DNA from: Candidatus Firestoneibacteriota bacterium
GTDB lineage: Bacteria; Oederibacteriota; D2-FULL-39-29; JBBTED01
Assembly: GCA_038042445.1 (NCBI GenBank)
Contig: JBBTED010000112.1
Span: forward strand, 1 to 34,753
Reading direction: 5' to 3'
Length of the DNA: 34,753 nt
Positions 1 through 9,553 of this stretch are shown here, piece by piece. Made by a program: the position numbers and the translations under genes. The notes under the pieces are model-generated. The model had not been told where the DNA came from. It saw only the letters and a program-made list of their open reading frames with translations, and made no database searches. The stretch's first letter is position 1, and every line of letters starts with the position of its first letter.

Positions 1-856
1 TCAATAATCTAAAGAATCCGTAAGTAGTAATAGGAATCCATGGCAAATAAATAACCCATAAATCCTTTATATATCCAAAATATGATAGAAATGTGCTTTT
101 TTCTTTATCAATAACAAAAGCACGACGCAAAATTATCCAGCCAAAATGCACATCTAAAAACTCCAATCCATTTTTAAGATATTCATAAATCCACCAGGAA
201 AAAGGCAGACTAATTCCAAGAAAAGAACCTATCAGGAAAAATGGATTAAATATTTCTTTGAACCTACCTGTCCCTATGAAATATGCAATTGCAATCAAAA
301 GGGGAAAAAAACCTAAAATATTTTTGGTCAACATTGCTATACCACAAAAAAATCCAAACAAAATATAGTATTTTTTGTTATCTAAAACTCCTTTAACTAA
401 AAATAGAATGCTCAAAGTCACAAAAAAAGCAAGTGTTACATCTAACATTGAATGACGCGCAAATTTAGTAAAATATTGTGTAGTCATAAGGAAAAACGAG
501 GAAAACAAACCAACATATCCTCCATAAAGTCTGTTTCCCAAAAAAAACACCAGTAAAATCGTGCCAACTCCAAACAATGCAGACGAAAATCTGGCGGTAT
601 ATTCACTTACACCAAAAAATTTAAACATTATTGCCATACACCATAAACATACAGGATCATTCTCAAAAAGCGGTTTTTTGTCGTAGTGCATAGTCAACCA
701 ATCACCAGTTTGCAAAATCTCTTTTGACTGCTGTGCATAAAAACAGTCATCATAAGTTGCAAGCCCGCCTTCCCATAATTTTGCAAACAAAAAAATGCTT
801 GCAAAAAATAAAATTATAAAAATTTGGAACTTTTTACTTGCAATAATATTATCCAT
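1..856 (-). CDS. ArnT/PMT-like (GT-C fold) membrane glycosyltransferase; C-terminus runs off the window
   Basis: Not in the ORF track; manual translation from ATG 856 gives MDNIIASKKFQIFIILFFASIFLFAKLWEGGLATYDDCFYAQQSKEILQTGDWLTMHYDKKPLFENDP...FGVSEYTARFSSALFG...ARHSMLD...LTK. This matches ArnT-family motifs (acidic pair then Y; GDW; FG.SE...R; LTK) with many TM segments. Confidence 0.85.
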   Translation of the reverse strand, partial: MDNIIASKKFQIFIILFFASIFLFAKLWEGGLATYDDCFYAQQSKEILQTGDWLTMHYDKKPLFENDPVCLWCMAIMFKFFGVSEYTARFSSALFGVGTILLVFFLGNRLYGGYVGLFSSFFLMTTQYFTKFARHSMLDVTLAFFVTLSILFLVKGVLDNKKYYILFGFFCGIAMLTKNILGFFPLLIAIAYFIGTGRFKEIFNPFFLIGSFLGISLPFSWWIYEYLKNGLEFLDVHFGWIILRRAFVIDKEKSTFLSYFGYIKDLWVIYLPWIPITTYGFFRLL

Positions 857-865
857 ATAAATAAA

Positions 866-905
866 CCCCCTTTAATTCCCCCCTACCCCCCTTTAATAAA
901 GGGGG
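866..905. repeat. CCCCTT-family palindrome (CCCCCTTTA-A-TAAAGGGGG with C-rich leader)
   Basis: Inverted repeat 887-905; same architecture as 5273-5302 and 10251-10296. Confidence 0.7.
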
Positions 906-916
906 CAACATGGCAT

Positions 917-1954
917 TTACCACATTGCGTAATTCATCATCTTTTCATAAACTTCCTGTGAAGTTATCTTGTTAAAACATTCATAAGTACCAAGCGGACA
1001 TATCCTCTTAAAACAAGGGCCGCAGGACAATTTTTTATACAACACTATATGATTATCTCCTAAAGGAGCTGTCCATATTGGACTTGTTGACCCAAATATT
1101 GCAACAACAGGAATATTAAATGCAGCAGCAATATGCATTAAGCCAGTATCATTAGATAAAACTACTTTACATCTTTTAATCGCAGCCATTGTTTCATCAA
1201 TACTAAATTTGCCTACAAAATTTTTAGCATTTTTTATTTCAGAAACAATATTAAACCCAAGCTTCTCTTCTCCTTCCCCTCCTAAAACCACTAATTTGAC
1301 TTCATTGTTTTTAGTCAGCAATTTACCTGTTTCAATAAATTTTGAAATGGGCCAACGTTTTGCAGGCCCATACGTTGCACATGGTGCAAGCCCAACAATA
1401 ATATCATCTTTACCAATGCCATTCTCTTCAAAAATTGCATTTATCCTTTTTATAGTATCCGGGAATAAATTCAAATTGAATTTTATACTGCTTAATGAAG
1501 TTTGCACTCCTGTAACTTCAGATACTATATACAAATATTCTTCTGCTAAATGCCCAACCCTGAATTTCATTTTTGGCACAATACTCTTGCTTAACAAAAA
1601 CCCCCTACACTCACTTTTATATCCTATTCTTTCTTTTATACCTGCAAGAAAAACAGAAAAAGCAGAAGAAAATGATGTTGGGAATATTAACGCCAGATCA
1701 AATTTTTTTGATTTAAGAATATTAGCTAATTTAAATTGCCCTAAAAATCCGTTGCAATCATCATATTTAATTATTTCATTTACATCTGGATTTGCACACC
1801 ATAAATTATGCAAATTTGGCTTTGCAAGAACTCCAATATAAGAATCAGAAAAATAGTGACGTAAAGCATTAACAGCAGGAAAAGAAAGAATGCTGTCACC
1901 TATCCAATTTGGCGCCCGAATCAATATTCTTTTGTAATTCCCATAATTTTGCAT
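917..1954 (-). CDS. waaF: LPS heptosyltransferase II (GT9)
   Basis: ILIRAPNWIGD, PCATYGPAKRWP, SNDTGLMHIAAA, AIFGST and CGPCFKRICPLG motifs. Confidence 0.9.
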   Translation of the reverse strand: MQNYGNYKRILIRAPNWIGDSILSFPAVNALRHYFSDSYIGVLAKPNLHNLWCANPDVNEIIKYDDCNGFLGQFKLANILKSKKFDLALIFPTSFSSAFSVFLAGIKERIGYKSECRGFLLSKSIVPKMKFRVGHLAEEYLYIVSEVTGVQTSLSSIKFNLNLFPDTIKRINAIFEENGIGKDDIIVGLAPCATYGPAKRWPISKFIETGKLLTKNNEVKLVVLGGEGEEKLGFNIVSEIKNAKNFVGKFSIDETMAAIKRCKVVLSNDTGLMHIAAAFNIPVVAIFGSTSPIWTAPLGDNHIVLYKKLSCGPCFKRICPLGTYECFNKITSQEVYEKMMNYAMW

Positions 1955-2675
1955 ATTTTACAAAAACATTAAAAGAGCTTATTATACAAATGACAAAACC
2001 TGTAAATCCATCTAAAAATCCTTTTTTAAAAACATACGATTTAAAAAAGAAAACAATAGGCAATAAAAAAAGTTTAAAAATATTTGATTGGACACCTTTT
2101 TGATACAAATCCTGTGCAGCAAGTGTAGTATATTCATTAAATTTTTCAAAGTATTTAACTAAATTAGCATAAGGTAAATGCAATAAATCAGAACAAAGAT
2201 ATTCCTTTTTTCCATCTAATACAACTCCTTCATGAACTCTTTTTTCATTAAATTTACCTTTATCCTTTTGAAGCAATCGTAATTGATAATCAGGATACCA
2301 TCCAGATGCTTTTATCCATCTGCCTAAAAAAAATGTCCTTCTTGGGAAACAATATCCATCAGCTTTATTCTCACCAATCAAAACATTTATAATCTCATTT
2401 TTTAAATCATCTGTAATACGCTCATCAGCATCTACAGATAAAATCCAGTTATTCTGAGCTTTCTCAATTCCAAAATTCTTTTGCTTTGAATAACCAAGCC
2501 ACTTAATCTGATATATTTTGTCAGTATACTGCCTACACAATTCAACTGTGCTATCACTACTAAAAGCATCTATAATAATTATTTCATCAACCCATTTTAT
2601 GCTTTCCAAACAATTTTTTATGTTCTCTTTTTCATTCTTTGTTATTACAACTGCTGAAATTCTATCTTTAGGCAT
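1896..2675 (-). CDS. GT2 glycosyltransferase, KdtX/WaaE/LgtF-like (LPS core)
   Basis: ISAVVITKNE, DAFSSDST, WILSVDADE, GWYPDYQLRL, VHE and GFLDG motifs. Confidence 0.88.
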   Translation of the reverse strand: MPKDRISAVVITKNEKENIKNCLESIKWVDEIIIIDAFSSDSTVELCRQYTDKIYQIKWLGYSKQKNFGIEKAQNNWILSVDADERITDDLKNEIINVLIGENKADGYCFPRRTFFLGRWIKASGWYPDYQLRLLQKDKGKFNEKRVHEGVVLDGKKEYLCSDLLHLPYANLVKYFEKFNEYTTLAAQDLYQKGVQSNIFKLFLLPIVFFFKSYVFKKGFLDGFTGFVICIISSFNVFVKYAKLWELQKNIDSGAKLDR

Positions 2676-4011
2676 AAGATTTTTTATCTTGTTTAAATAC
2701 TAAAAACATATTTATCAAAAACAACAGAAAACCGCTTCCCAAAAGAATATATAGGATATGGAAAATAGTAGAATGCAAAAACTGAAATAACACCACTTGC
2801 AATACTGCAACAAAAATTAATGGAACTATAAATTTAAATTTATGTACCGACAACTGATACATAAGCAAAATATTAACAAGCGAATAAAAAGTCATAGCCA
2901 CTCCAAAAAGCCAAAGCAGTGGAATGCCAGATATAAATTGTTTTCCAAATAAAAGCAACACTATAGGCTCTGGAAAAGCAAAATAACAAAATGTAATACC
3001 AAGGCAAACTGCAGTAACAATAAGCAAGCTTTTTATAAGAATCGGACGTGGATCTTTGTTTTGTGTATTAAGAGATGCAACCTTTGGAAACATTAATATT
3101 ACAATTGTTGAAGGCAAATACAAAACTATTTTTCCAATCATTTCTGCGCCAGCATAATATCCTGTTTCAACAGTAGAAAAGAAATGTTTTACCATAATTA
3201 AATCTATATTTGTAAGTGCTGTAAAACATAGAAGAGTTACAACTACAGGATAACTGTATGAGTAAATATCTTTAAATTTAATATCATTATTCTTATTATC
3301 TATATCATATTTTTTAGAAAGTATTGGTTTTAACAATAATACTGTATATATAAAACTACCCACACAAGAAAGTGCAATTCCTAAAATAGCGACATTAACT
3401 TTTAATTGGGTAGAAACAATAGAAACAAGTGCTACTGAAAATACAAATCGTAACATACTTTCGCCTGTTCCACTGATACCAAAACCTAAAAATCTTTGTA
3501 AGCCCTGTAAAGCACCACGTGTAACAGGAGTAAGAAATGATGGAATAAAAATAGTGCTCAAAATTAAAATTGGCATTATTGTTTCTATATGCAAATAATT
3601 AGCTATAAGCTTGCTTGCTAACATAAGAATTAAACATAAACCAACACCCATTCCCAACATATTTTTAAGAAGTTTTAACACTAACTTCTTTATTTTAAAC
3701 ATTTCAGACTTTGCAAAAAATTCTGCTATATATTTTGTTGTAACAGTCTGAATCGTGCCTATTGGAACAGCTAATACAATAAACAATGAAAATAAAGACA
3801 TTAAAACAGCATAACCTTCAGGACCTAGCATACGAGCCATTGAAACAGCAAATAAATAGTTAAAGAAATTCCCAATCATCATAATAAAAAAGAGCAATCC
3901 TGTTTCTTTTAAATTCAAACTATGATGACTGGATTCTTCTATTAATGCCGATGAATCGGCAACTACAACAGATGTTTCAGTTTCTGAATGTGATGAATCA
4001 ATTTCAGACAT
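2668..4011 (-). CDS. Wzx-like oligosaccharide flippase (MOP superfamily)
   Basis: Many TM segments with ARMLGPEGYA, RGALQGLQRF, NIDLIMVKHFF and GYYAGA motifs. Start set at ATG 4011 (GGAG 9 nt upstream, no overlap with pyrF). Confidence 0.85.
   Translation of the reverse strand: MSEIDSSHSETETSVVVADSSALIEESSHHSLNLKETGLLFFIMMIGNFFNYLFAVSMARMLGPEGYAVLMSLFSLFIVLAVPIGTIQTVTTKYIAEFFAKSEMFKIKKLVLKLLKNMLGMGVGLCLILMLASKLIANYLHIETIMPILILSTIFIPSFLTPVTRGALQGLQRFLGFGISGTGESMLRFVFSVALVSIVSTQLKVNVAILGIALSCVGSFIYTVLLLKPILSKKYDIDNKNNDIKFKDIYSYSYPVVVTLLCFTALTNIDLIMVKHFFSTVETGYYAGAEMIGKIVLYLPSTIVILMFPKVASLNTQNKDPRPILIKSLLIVTAVCLGITFCYFAFPEPIVLLLFGKQFISGIPLLWLFGVAMTFYSLVNILLMYQLSVHKFKFIVPLIFVAVLQVVLFQFLHSTIFHILYILLGSGFLLFLINMFLVFKQDKKSYA
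3947..3967 (-). repeat. GTAG-tagged REP-like palindrome inside the flippase CDS (encodes VVADSSA)
   Basis: GCCGATGAATCGGCAACTACA, identical to intergenic 17372-17392. Confidence 0.85.
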
Positions 4012-4012
4012 A

Positions 4013-4717
4013 CTATATTTCTCCAAGTATTTGTTGAACTGCAATAACTGGATTTTGCGCTTTCAAAATTGGTCTGCCCACCACAATATAATTCGCACCA
4101 GCATTTATAGCTTCCCATGGTGTCATTATACGTTTCTGATCATCTAAACCAGCCCAAGCAGGACGCACTCCAGGGGTAACAATTATAAATTTTTTTCCAC
4201 ACACTTTGCGAATATCAGTAATTTCCTGTGGAGAAGCTACAATACCATCCAATCCGGCTTTTTTTGCAAGTAATGCCAATTGTTTAACTTTAGCTTTCAA
4301 GTTAATTTTTACTCCTATTTCATTTTTAAGAATATCACTATTAATACTTGTCAGTATAGTCACTCCAAGCAAAACAGGTTTTTTAATTTTTAATTTACTC
4401 GCTGTTCTTTCAACAGATTCTTTCGCGACCAACATCATTTCATATCCACCTAAAGTATGAACATTCAGCATTGCAATTTGTAAGCGAACTACAGATTCGC
4501 ATGCTTTTGCCACTGTATTTGGAATATCATGAAATTTAGCATCTAAAAAAACTTCTACACCAAGTTTTTTAATTGCATTTATAATTTTAGGACCCTCTGC
4601 AGTAAATAACTGTAAACCGACTTTAAAAATTTGAACGTAATTTTTAAGTTTTTTTACTATTGCAATAGCTTGCTTTGCAGAATCCACATCTAATGCCACT
4701 ATCAATTTTGATTTCAT
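4013..4717 (-). CDS. pyrF: Orotidine-5'-phosphate decarboxylase
   Basis: LIVALD, FKVG, FLDAKFHDIPNT, GVTILTS, VTPGVRP, DDQKR and IVVGRPI motifs. Confidence 0.96.
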   Translation of the reverse strand: MKSKLIVALDVDSAKQAIAIVKKLKNYVQIFKVGLQLFTAEGPKIINAIKKLGVEVFLDAKFHDIPNTVAKACESVVRLQIAMLNVHTLGGYEMMLVAKESVERTASKLKIKKPVLLGVTILTSINSDILKNEIGVKINLKAKVKQLALLAKKAGLDGIVASPQEITDIRKVCGKKFIIVTPGVRPAWAGLDDQKRIMTPWEAINAGANYIVVGRPILKAQNPVIAVQQILGEI

Positions 4718-4740
4718 TTTATTTACCCTATTCTATTTTA

Positions 4741-4763
4741 GGGCGGGTAAACCCGCCCCTACG
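4741..4763 (-). repeat. GTAG-tagged REP-like palindrome
   Basis: GGGCGGGTAAACCCGCCC-CTACG, identical to 11693-11715 inside polA. Confidence 0.85.
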
Positions 4764-4779
4764 CAAACAAAGCTCTATA

Positions 4780-5247
4780 TTATTTCAATTCGGCAAATAA
4801 ATTTGCCATTTCTATTGCTGAAATTGCAGCATCTGCTCCTTTATTACCGGATTTTGTACCTGAACGTTCAATAGCCTGCTCAAGTGTATCTGTAGTCAAA
4901 ACTCCAAAAATAGTTGGTATTCCTGATGACAAACCTGTTTGTGCGATACCCTTTGCAGCCTCAGAAGCAATATATTCATTATGTGGTGTATCTCCTTTGA
5001 TAACAGCACCCAAACATATAATTGCATCGTATTTCTTGCCTTTTGCAAGCCTACTTGCTGCATAAGATATTTCAAAAGAACCCGGAACCCATACTACATC
5101 TATATCTTTTTCATCTGCACCATGCCTTATTAAAGTATCCTGCGCTCCTTCAAGAAGTTTCTTTGTCAAGAATTCATTAAACCTTGAAACCACAATTCCA
5201 AATTTCTTACCCGTAGCAATTAACTTGCCTTCATACACTTTACCCAT
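4780..5247 (-). CDS. ribH: 6,7-dimethyl-8-ribityllumazine synthase
   Basis: [48 protein letters not shown]. Probable start at MGKVYEG (5247); the track start 5265 is an alternative. Confidence 0.96.
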   Translation of the reverse strand: MGKVYEGKLIATGKKFGIVVSRFNEFLTKKLLEGAQDTLIRHGADEKDIDVVWVPGSFEISYAASRLAKGKKYDAIICLGAVIKGDTPHNEYIASEAAKGIAQTGLSSGIPTIFGVLTTDTLEQAIERSGTKSGNKGADAAISAIEMANLFAELK

Positions 5248-5272
5248 TTTCCTCAACCCCCTCATAAAATAA

Positions 5273-5302
5273 CCCCCTTAATCCCCCTTTAGTAAAGGGG
5301 GA
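5273..5302. repeat. CCCCTT-family palindrome
   Basis: CCCCCTTAA-TCCCCCTTTA-G-TAAAGGGGGA. Confidence 0.75.
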
Positions 5303-5372
5303 TAGGAGATTTCTATTTATTTTTAACAGATTTATTAAAAAAATGCTATAAATTTTTATAATTTCACTCTAT

Positions 5373-6569
5373 TCAAATCTTTAATAAGTGACCAAGTTTT
5401 TGTTTTTTTACACTTAAATATTTTTTATTCGTTTTATTTGGTGAAATCTCTATTGGAATTCTTTCCACCATATTAAGACCGTATCCTTCTAACCCAATAA
5501 TTTTTTTTGGGTTATTTGTCAATAGCTTAATATTCGTAAGACCCAAATCAACTAAAATCTGTGCTCCAATACCATAATCTCTTAAATCCGCCTTAAATCC
5601 TAATTTTTCATTTGCCTCAACAGTATCATAACCTTCATCCTGAAGTGCATAAGCTTTTATCTTATTATCTATACCAATACCCCTTCCTTCTTGCCTCATA
5701 TATAAAATCACACCTGCTTTTTCTTTAGCTATAATTTTCATAGCAATCTTTAATTGTTCTCCACAATCACATCTAAGTGATCCAAATACATCTCCAGTTA
5801 AGCATTGAGAATGAACACGCACAAGCACACTCTGCTTCCCAGTTATATCACCCATAACAAGCGCAATATGATGTTGAGGCTCAATTGAAGATTCATAAAG
5901 TATTAATTTCCAATCTCCAAAAGAAGTAGGTAATATAGTTTCCTCAATTCTATTTATCAATTTTTCTGTTTTTCTTCTATATTTTATCAAATCGGCAACT
6001 GTAATTATTTTTAAATTATGTTTTTTAGAGAATTTTTTTAAATCCGGCATTCTTGCCATTGTGCCATCTTCTTTCATTATCTCGCAAATTACTCCTGCAG
6101 GATAAAAACCAGAAAGTTTAGCCAAATCAACTGATGCTTCTGTTTGACCAGCTCTTGCCAATACTCCACCTTCACGTGCTTTAAGTGGAAAAATATGTCC
6201 TGGCCTTGCCAAATCCTCTGGCTTGGTTTTCTTATTAATCACTGTCTTTATTGTAACAGCTCTATCATAAGCAGAAATCCCTGTAGTTACACCTTTTTTC
6301 GCATCAATAGAAATTGTAAAAGCAGTTCCAAATTGTGCAGTATTATCAGAAACCATATCTGATATTTTAAGTTCATCTAATCTTTTACTTGTCATTGGCA
6401 AACATATTAACCCACGCCCGTATTTTGCCATAAAGTTTATGGCAAAAGGCGTAACTTTCTCTGCTGCCATTACAAGATCACCTTCATTTTCCCTATCTTC
6501 ATCATCTACAACAATAACCATTTTACCTTTTTTTATATCATCTAATGCTTCCTTAATTGTTTGAATCAT
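5373..6569 (-). CDS. ribBA: Bifunctional DHBP synthase / GTP cyclohydrolase II
   Basis: [52 protein letters not shown] and LLTNNP motifs; GGAG RBS upstream. Confidence 0.97.
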   Translation of the reverse strand: MIQTIKEALDDIKKGKMVIVVDDEDRENEGDLVMAAEKVTPFAINFMAKYGRGLICLPMTSKRLDELKISDMVSDNTAQFGTAFTISIDAKKGVTTGISAYDRAVTIKTVINKKTKPEDLARPGHIFPLKAREGGVLARAGQTEASVDLAKLSGFYPAGVICEIMKEDGTMARMPDLKKFSKKHNLKIITVADLIKYRRKTEKLINRIEETILPTSFGDWKLILYESSIEPQHHIALVMGDITGKQSVLVRVHSQCLTGDVFGSLRCDCGEQLKIAMKIIAKEKAGVILYMRQEGRGIGIDNKIKAYALQDEGYDTVEANEKLGFKADLRDYGIGAQILVDLGLTNIKLLTNNPKKIIGLEGYGLNMVERIPIEISPNKTNKKYLSVKKQKLGHLLKI

Positions 6570-6627
6570 ATCCTGTCTCCTAAATAGTGTTTAAGTGCAC
6601 AAGTTCTATGTGCATAAGAATACTTTT

Positions 6628-7269
6628 TTAATTGTTAAATCCTGTTTCTGCTAAAAAATGTTTCGTGATTTTTTCATTAGTATTACCTGTAATAAATTTT
6701 TTAATATGTTTTGATATGATATCTACTTCTACATTTATTTTATCTCCTGCTTTTTTGTGTCCCAAAGTTGTATTTGATAAAGTATGAGGTATAAGAGCCA
6801 CTGTAAATTCTGTATTTTTAACATAAACAAGTGTAAGACTCACACCTTCTATAGCAATTGAACCTTTGCTAACCATAAAATCTGTTAAACTTTTAGCAAA
6901 TGATATTGTCCAAACTTTAGAGCCATTTTTTTGAATTATATTCTTTATTATTCCTACACCATCTATATGTCCCATAACAAAATGCCCACCTAAACGACTT
7001 GTTGGCATTAAAGCACGTTCTAAATTTACTTTTTCTCCAGTATGCAAGCTACTTAAATTTGTTTTTTGCAAAGTTTCTTCCATCACATCAACTTCAAAAC
7101 AACCTTTTTTAAATTTCACTGCTGTTAAACAAACACCGTTTATGCTAATACTTGAACCAATTTCCATATCTTCAAGAATTTTATTAGCAGCAATTTTCAA
7201 ACGCACATTATTGCTTTGCTTGGATACATTTAAAACATTCCCTATTTCTTCAACTATTCCTGTAAACAT
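6628..7269 (-). CDS. ribE: Riboflavin synthase (alpha chain; ribE in Bacillus nomenclature, ribC in E. coli)
   Basis: MFTGIVE start; NGVCLT, VNLERA, RLGGHFVMGHID, KGSIAIEGVSLT and INVEVD motifs. Confidence 0.96.
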   Translation of the reverse strand: MFTGIVEEIGNVLNVSKQSNNVRLKIAANKILEDMEIGSSISINGVCLTAVKFKKGCFEVDVMEETLQKTNLSSLHTGEKVNLERALMPTSRLGGHFVMGHIDGVGIIKNIIQKNGSKVWTISFAKSLTDFMVSKGSIAIEGVSLTLVYVKNTEFTVALIPHTLSNTTLGHKKAGDKINVEVDIISKHIKKFITGNTNEKITKHFLAETGFNN

Positions 7270-7281
7270 AATTTTAATATA

Positions 7282-7372
7282 CGCAGGCTAAAGCCTGCGG
7301 CTACATTTAGATCCTTCGCTAACACTCAGGATGACACTTCGCGTCATTTTACATTTTGCACTTTGCATTTTT
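7282..7372 (-). repeat. Repeat stack: GTAG element (7282-7305), TGTCAT element (7309-7336), CATTTT[G/A] heptamers (7345-7372)
   Basis: CGCAGGCTAAAGCCTGCG-GCTACA; AGATCCTTCGCTAACACTCAGGATGACA; CATTTTA CATTTTG CACTTTG CATTTTT. Confidence 0.8.
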
Positions 7373-8500
7373 AATATATCCTTCTATTAACACATCTTCG
7401 TCAATTTTTTCAACAGAAATATCCTGTAAAGCAATTGCATTTTTTAATTCTTTTATTCCATTGCCTTCAATAGATGTTTTGGCATTTCTACCACCAATTA
7501 TTTTTGGAGAAATAAAAAACAATGCTTTATCAACTATTTTTTCTTCAATTGCAGAAGCATTTACTTCACCACCACCTTCAATTAATATGCTTGTAATTTC
7601 CAAACGCCCAAGTTTTTTAAGTAAATTTTTAAATTTTATCTTACCATTACATAATTTAACCTGCAAAACATCGCTCCCTGTTTTTTTTATCCTTATAAGT
7701 TTCTGCTTTGGAACATCCAAACCAGTTACAATAAGTGTTTTTGCACAAGGAGAAATTTTTAAAACATTCGCAGATAAAGGGATTTTTAAATTGCTATCCA
7801 ATATTACTCGCAATAATTTTCGCTTGTGTTTATTTAATTTTACTTGTGCCCTATACCACTCACTTCGTTCGGATATAGGATATACTATCAAATTGGGATT
7901 GTCTTTTAACACAGTATTTATTCCAACCATAATTGCATCAACACAAAAGCGCAATTTTTGGACCAGCATTCTGGATTCTTCTCCTGTAATCCATTTGGAC
8001 TCACCATTTGTTGTTGCAATTTTTCCATCAATACTCTGACCTGCTTTCAAAATTACATAGGGAATCTTAGTCGTTATATATTTTATGTATGCTTCATTTA
8101 GCTTGTAAGCCTTATCTTTCAATAAACCCTCTTCTACTTTTATTCCAGCATTTTTAAGTTTTTTTATTCCTTTTCCACAAACTATAGGATTAACATCTTT
8201 CATAGCAATAACCACTTTTTTAATTTTAGACTTTATTATAACATCTGTGCAAGGTGGAGTTTTGCCATAATGAGCACATGGTTCAAGTGTAACATACAAA
8301 GTAGCTCCTTTTGACCTATAACCTGCTTCTTTTAAAGCATTAACTTCTGCATGAAATCCACCAGCATATTTATGATAACCTCTGCCTACTATTTTACCAT
8401 TTTTAACAACTATAGCTCCAACTGCAGGATTAGGACTTGTATTACCCAAGCCTTTTTCTGCTTGCCTTAATGCAAGCTCCATAAACTTTTCATCATTCAT
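7349..8500 (-). CDS. ribD: Bifunctional pyrimidine deaminase/reductase
   Basis: TSPNPAVGA, HAE, TLEPCAHYGKTPPC, SIDGKIA, SKWIT, DAIMVG and ILIEGGG motifs. Confidence 0.97.
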   Translation of the reverse strand: MNDEKFMELALRQAEKGLGNTSPNPAVGAIVVKNGKIVGRGYHKYAGGFHAEVNALKEAGYRSKGATLYVTLEPCAHYGKTPPCTDVIIKSKIKKVVIAMKDVNPIVCGKGIKKLKNAGIKVEEGLLKDKAYKLNEAYIKYITTKIPYVILKAGQSIDGKIATTNGESKWITGEESRMLVQKLRFCVDAIMVGINTVLKDNPNLIVYPISERSEWYRAQVKLNKHKRKLLRVILDSNLKIPLSANVLKISPCAKTLIVTGLDVPKQKLIRIKKTGSDVLQVKLCNGKIKFKNLLKKLGRLEITSILIEGGGEVNASAIEEKIVDKALFFISPKIIGGRNAKTSIEGNGIKELKNAIALQDISVEKIDEDVLIEGYIKNAKCKM

Positions 8501-8513
8501 AATTTTAAAGACA

Positions 8514-8602
8514 CTGGATTCCCGATTAAAACTTCGGGAATGACAATGGTTGTTTGTCAGGCAAGATGCCTGACCTATTACTTAATACATTTGGGAATGA
8601 CA
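8514..8602 (-). repeat. Repeat stack in the rib leader: TGTCAT element (8514-8545), GTCAGGC element (8553-8579), TGTCAT remnant (8593-8602)
   Basis: CTGGATTCCCGATTAAAACTTCGGGAATGACA; TTTGTCAGGCAAGATGCCTGACCTATT; GGGAATGACA. Confidence 0.8.
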
Positions 8603-8636
8603 AATAAAAAACCCTGAAGGTAAATACCTTCAGGGT
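8602..8636 (-). terminator. Intrinsic terminator (expression platform of the FMN riboswitch)
   Basis: Minus strand reads ACCCTGAAGGTA-TT-TACCTTCAGGGT followed by TTTTTATTT. The left arm CCCTGAAGG is complementary to the aptamer 5' end CCTTCAGGG. Confidence 0.9.
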
Positions 8637-8651
8637 AAAATACTAATATTT

Positions 8652-8806
8652 AACCTTCTTTCATCCAGACTTTAACTGTCGGCTCTGGAATCTCACCAGA
8701 ATCAATTCTATTAAATCAGAATTTGCGGGCTTTAATTAGCTCAATGAATTGAGCAACTACAATACATCTTACCGCCGATCGGGAATTACACCCTGCCCTG
8801 AAGGCT
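8652..8806 (-). ncRNA. FMN riboswitch (RFN element)
   Basis: Minus strand reads AGCCTTCAGGGCAGGGTGTAATTCCCGATCGGCGGTA...AGCCCGC...GATTCTGGTGAGATTCCAGAGCCGACAGTTAAAGTCTGGATGAAAGAAGGTT, matching the RFN consensus, upstream of ribD. Confidence 0.97.
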
Positions 8807-8812
8807 TAATTT

Positions 8813-8840
8813 ATTATAGCTGAATTATAACATTTTGCAA
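8813..8840 (-). promoter_or_regulatory. Putative sigma70 promoter of the rib operon
   Basis: TTGCAA (8835-8840), 16-nt spacer, TATAAT (8813-8818), ending 6 nt before the aptamer. An overlapping TGnTATAAT extended -10 lies at 8824-8832. Confidence 0.65.
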
Positions 8841-8866
8841 TATATTTCTTGCAAAATTGCAGAAAA

Positions 8867-9460
8867 TCAAGAGATAGGTGTAATAACCAACCTTATAAGT
8901 GATACAACTGATAGCAAAATATCTAATTCATCTTCAGGAGTTGAATGTTTAATTCCGAGTTTTTCAGAAACAAAAATGCCAATTATTTTATTTTTATTTT
9001 TAACTGGCACTGCTATTATTGTTTTAAAGTAGTGATTATTCAAAGAATTAGACCAAAATGGTTCACCAGTTGTATAAATTCTTTCAAAAACATCTTTAAG
9101 CTCTGACTTTACAGCACTTAAATCAGCAACCCGTATTCCTTTCATATCTTCTATTTTTATTCTTCTGGATTCCCGCTGGAGTTTACCCCGTACCCCGATA
9201 CGGGGCGGGAATGACAAACTATAATTGTTTAATAACCTTGCATAAACTAAAATTTTCGTACTAGTATAATGAGTTAAAATATCCATTATTCCAATCAAAA
9301 TATCTGACTTTGCTTTTTTCTTAAGCAATAAATCAGTCTCTTCAAAACCGCAGGAAAGTCTATCAACTAATTTAATAGATTCCTCCAATATTGCAAGTTT
9401 AGTCATTTTAAAATTTGATTTATTTGCTATATTTTTAAAATCCTCAAATATATTTTTCAT
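8867..9460 (-). CDS. Hypothetical protein with GAF-like C-terminal half
   Basis: IIAVPVKNKNKIIGIFV...TPEDELDILLSVV resembles the end of a GAF domain; co-oriented downstream of coaE. Confidence 0.6.
   Translation of the reverse strand: MKNIFEDFKNIANKSNFKMTKLAILEESIKLVDRLSCGFEETDLLLKKKAKSDILIGIMDILTHYTSTKILVYARLLNNYSLSFPPRIGVRGKLQRESRRIKIEDMKGIRVADLSAVKSELKDVFERIYTTGEPFWSNSLNNHYFKTIIAVPVKNKNKIIGIFVSEKLGIKHSTPEDELDILLSVVSLIRLVITPIS
9165..9216 (-). repeat. Composite TGTCAT element in frame in the GAF-like CDS (LSFPPRIGVRGKLQRES)
   Basis: 52 nt, 50/52 identical to 19124-19175. Confidence 0.88.
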
Positions 9461-9493
9461 TTTTTTTATTCAAAAATTCCACGACCCATTACG

Positions 9494-9553
9494 TTTGTCA
9501 GGCAAGATGCCTGACCTATTTGAATGGATGCCCCACCCCCTTTATCAAGGGAG
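9494..9553 (-). repeat. GTCAGGC element (9494-9520) and degenerate CCCCTT element (9531-9553) at the coaE 3' end
   Basis: TTTGTCAGGCAAGATGCCTGACCTATT is identical to 8553-8579 and contains the coaE TAG (9516-9518). Confidence 0.8.

Noticed and set aside
6596..6614. TGCACA-N7-TGTGCA hairpin between ribE and ribBA
   Set aside because: Short single copy with no family tag or clear U-tract.
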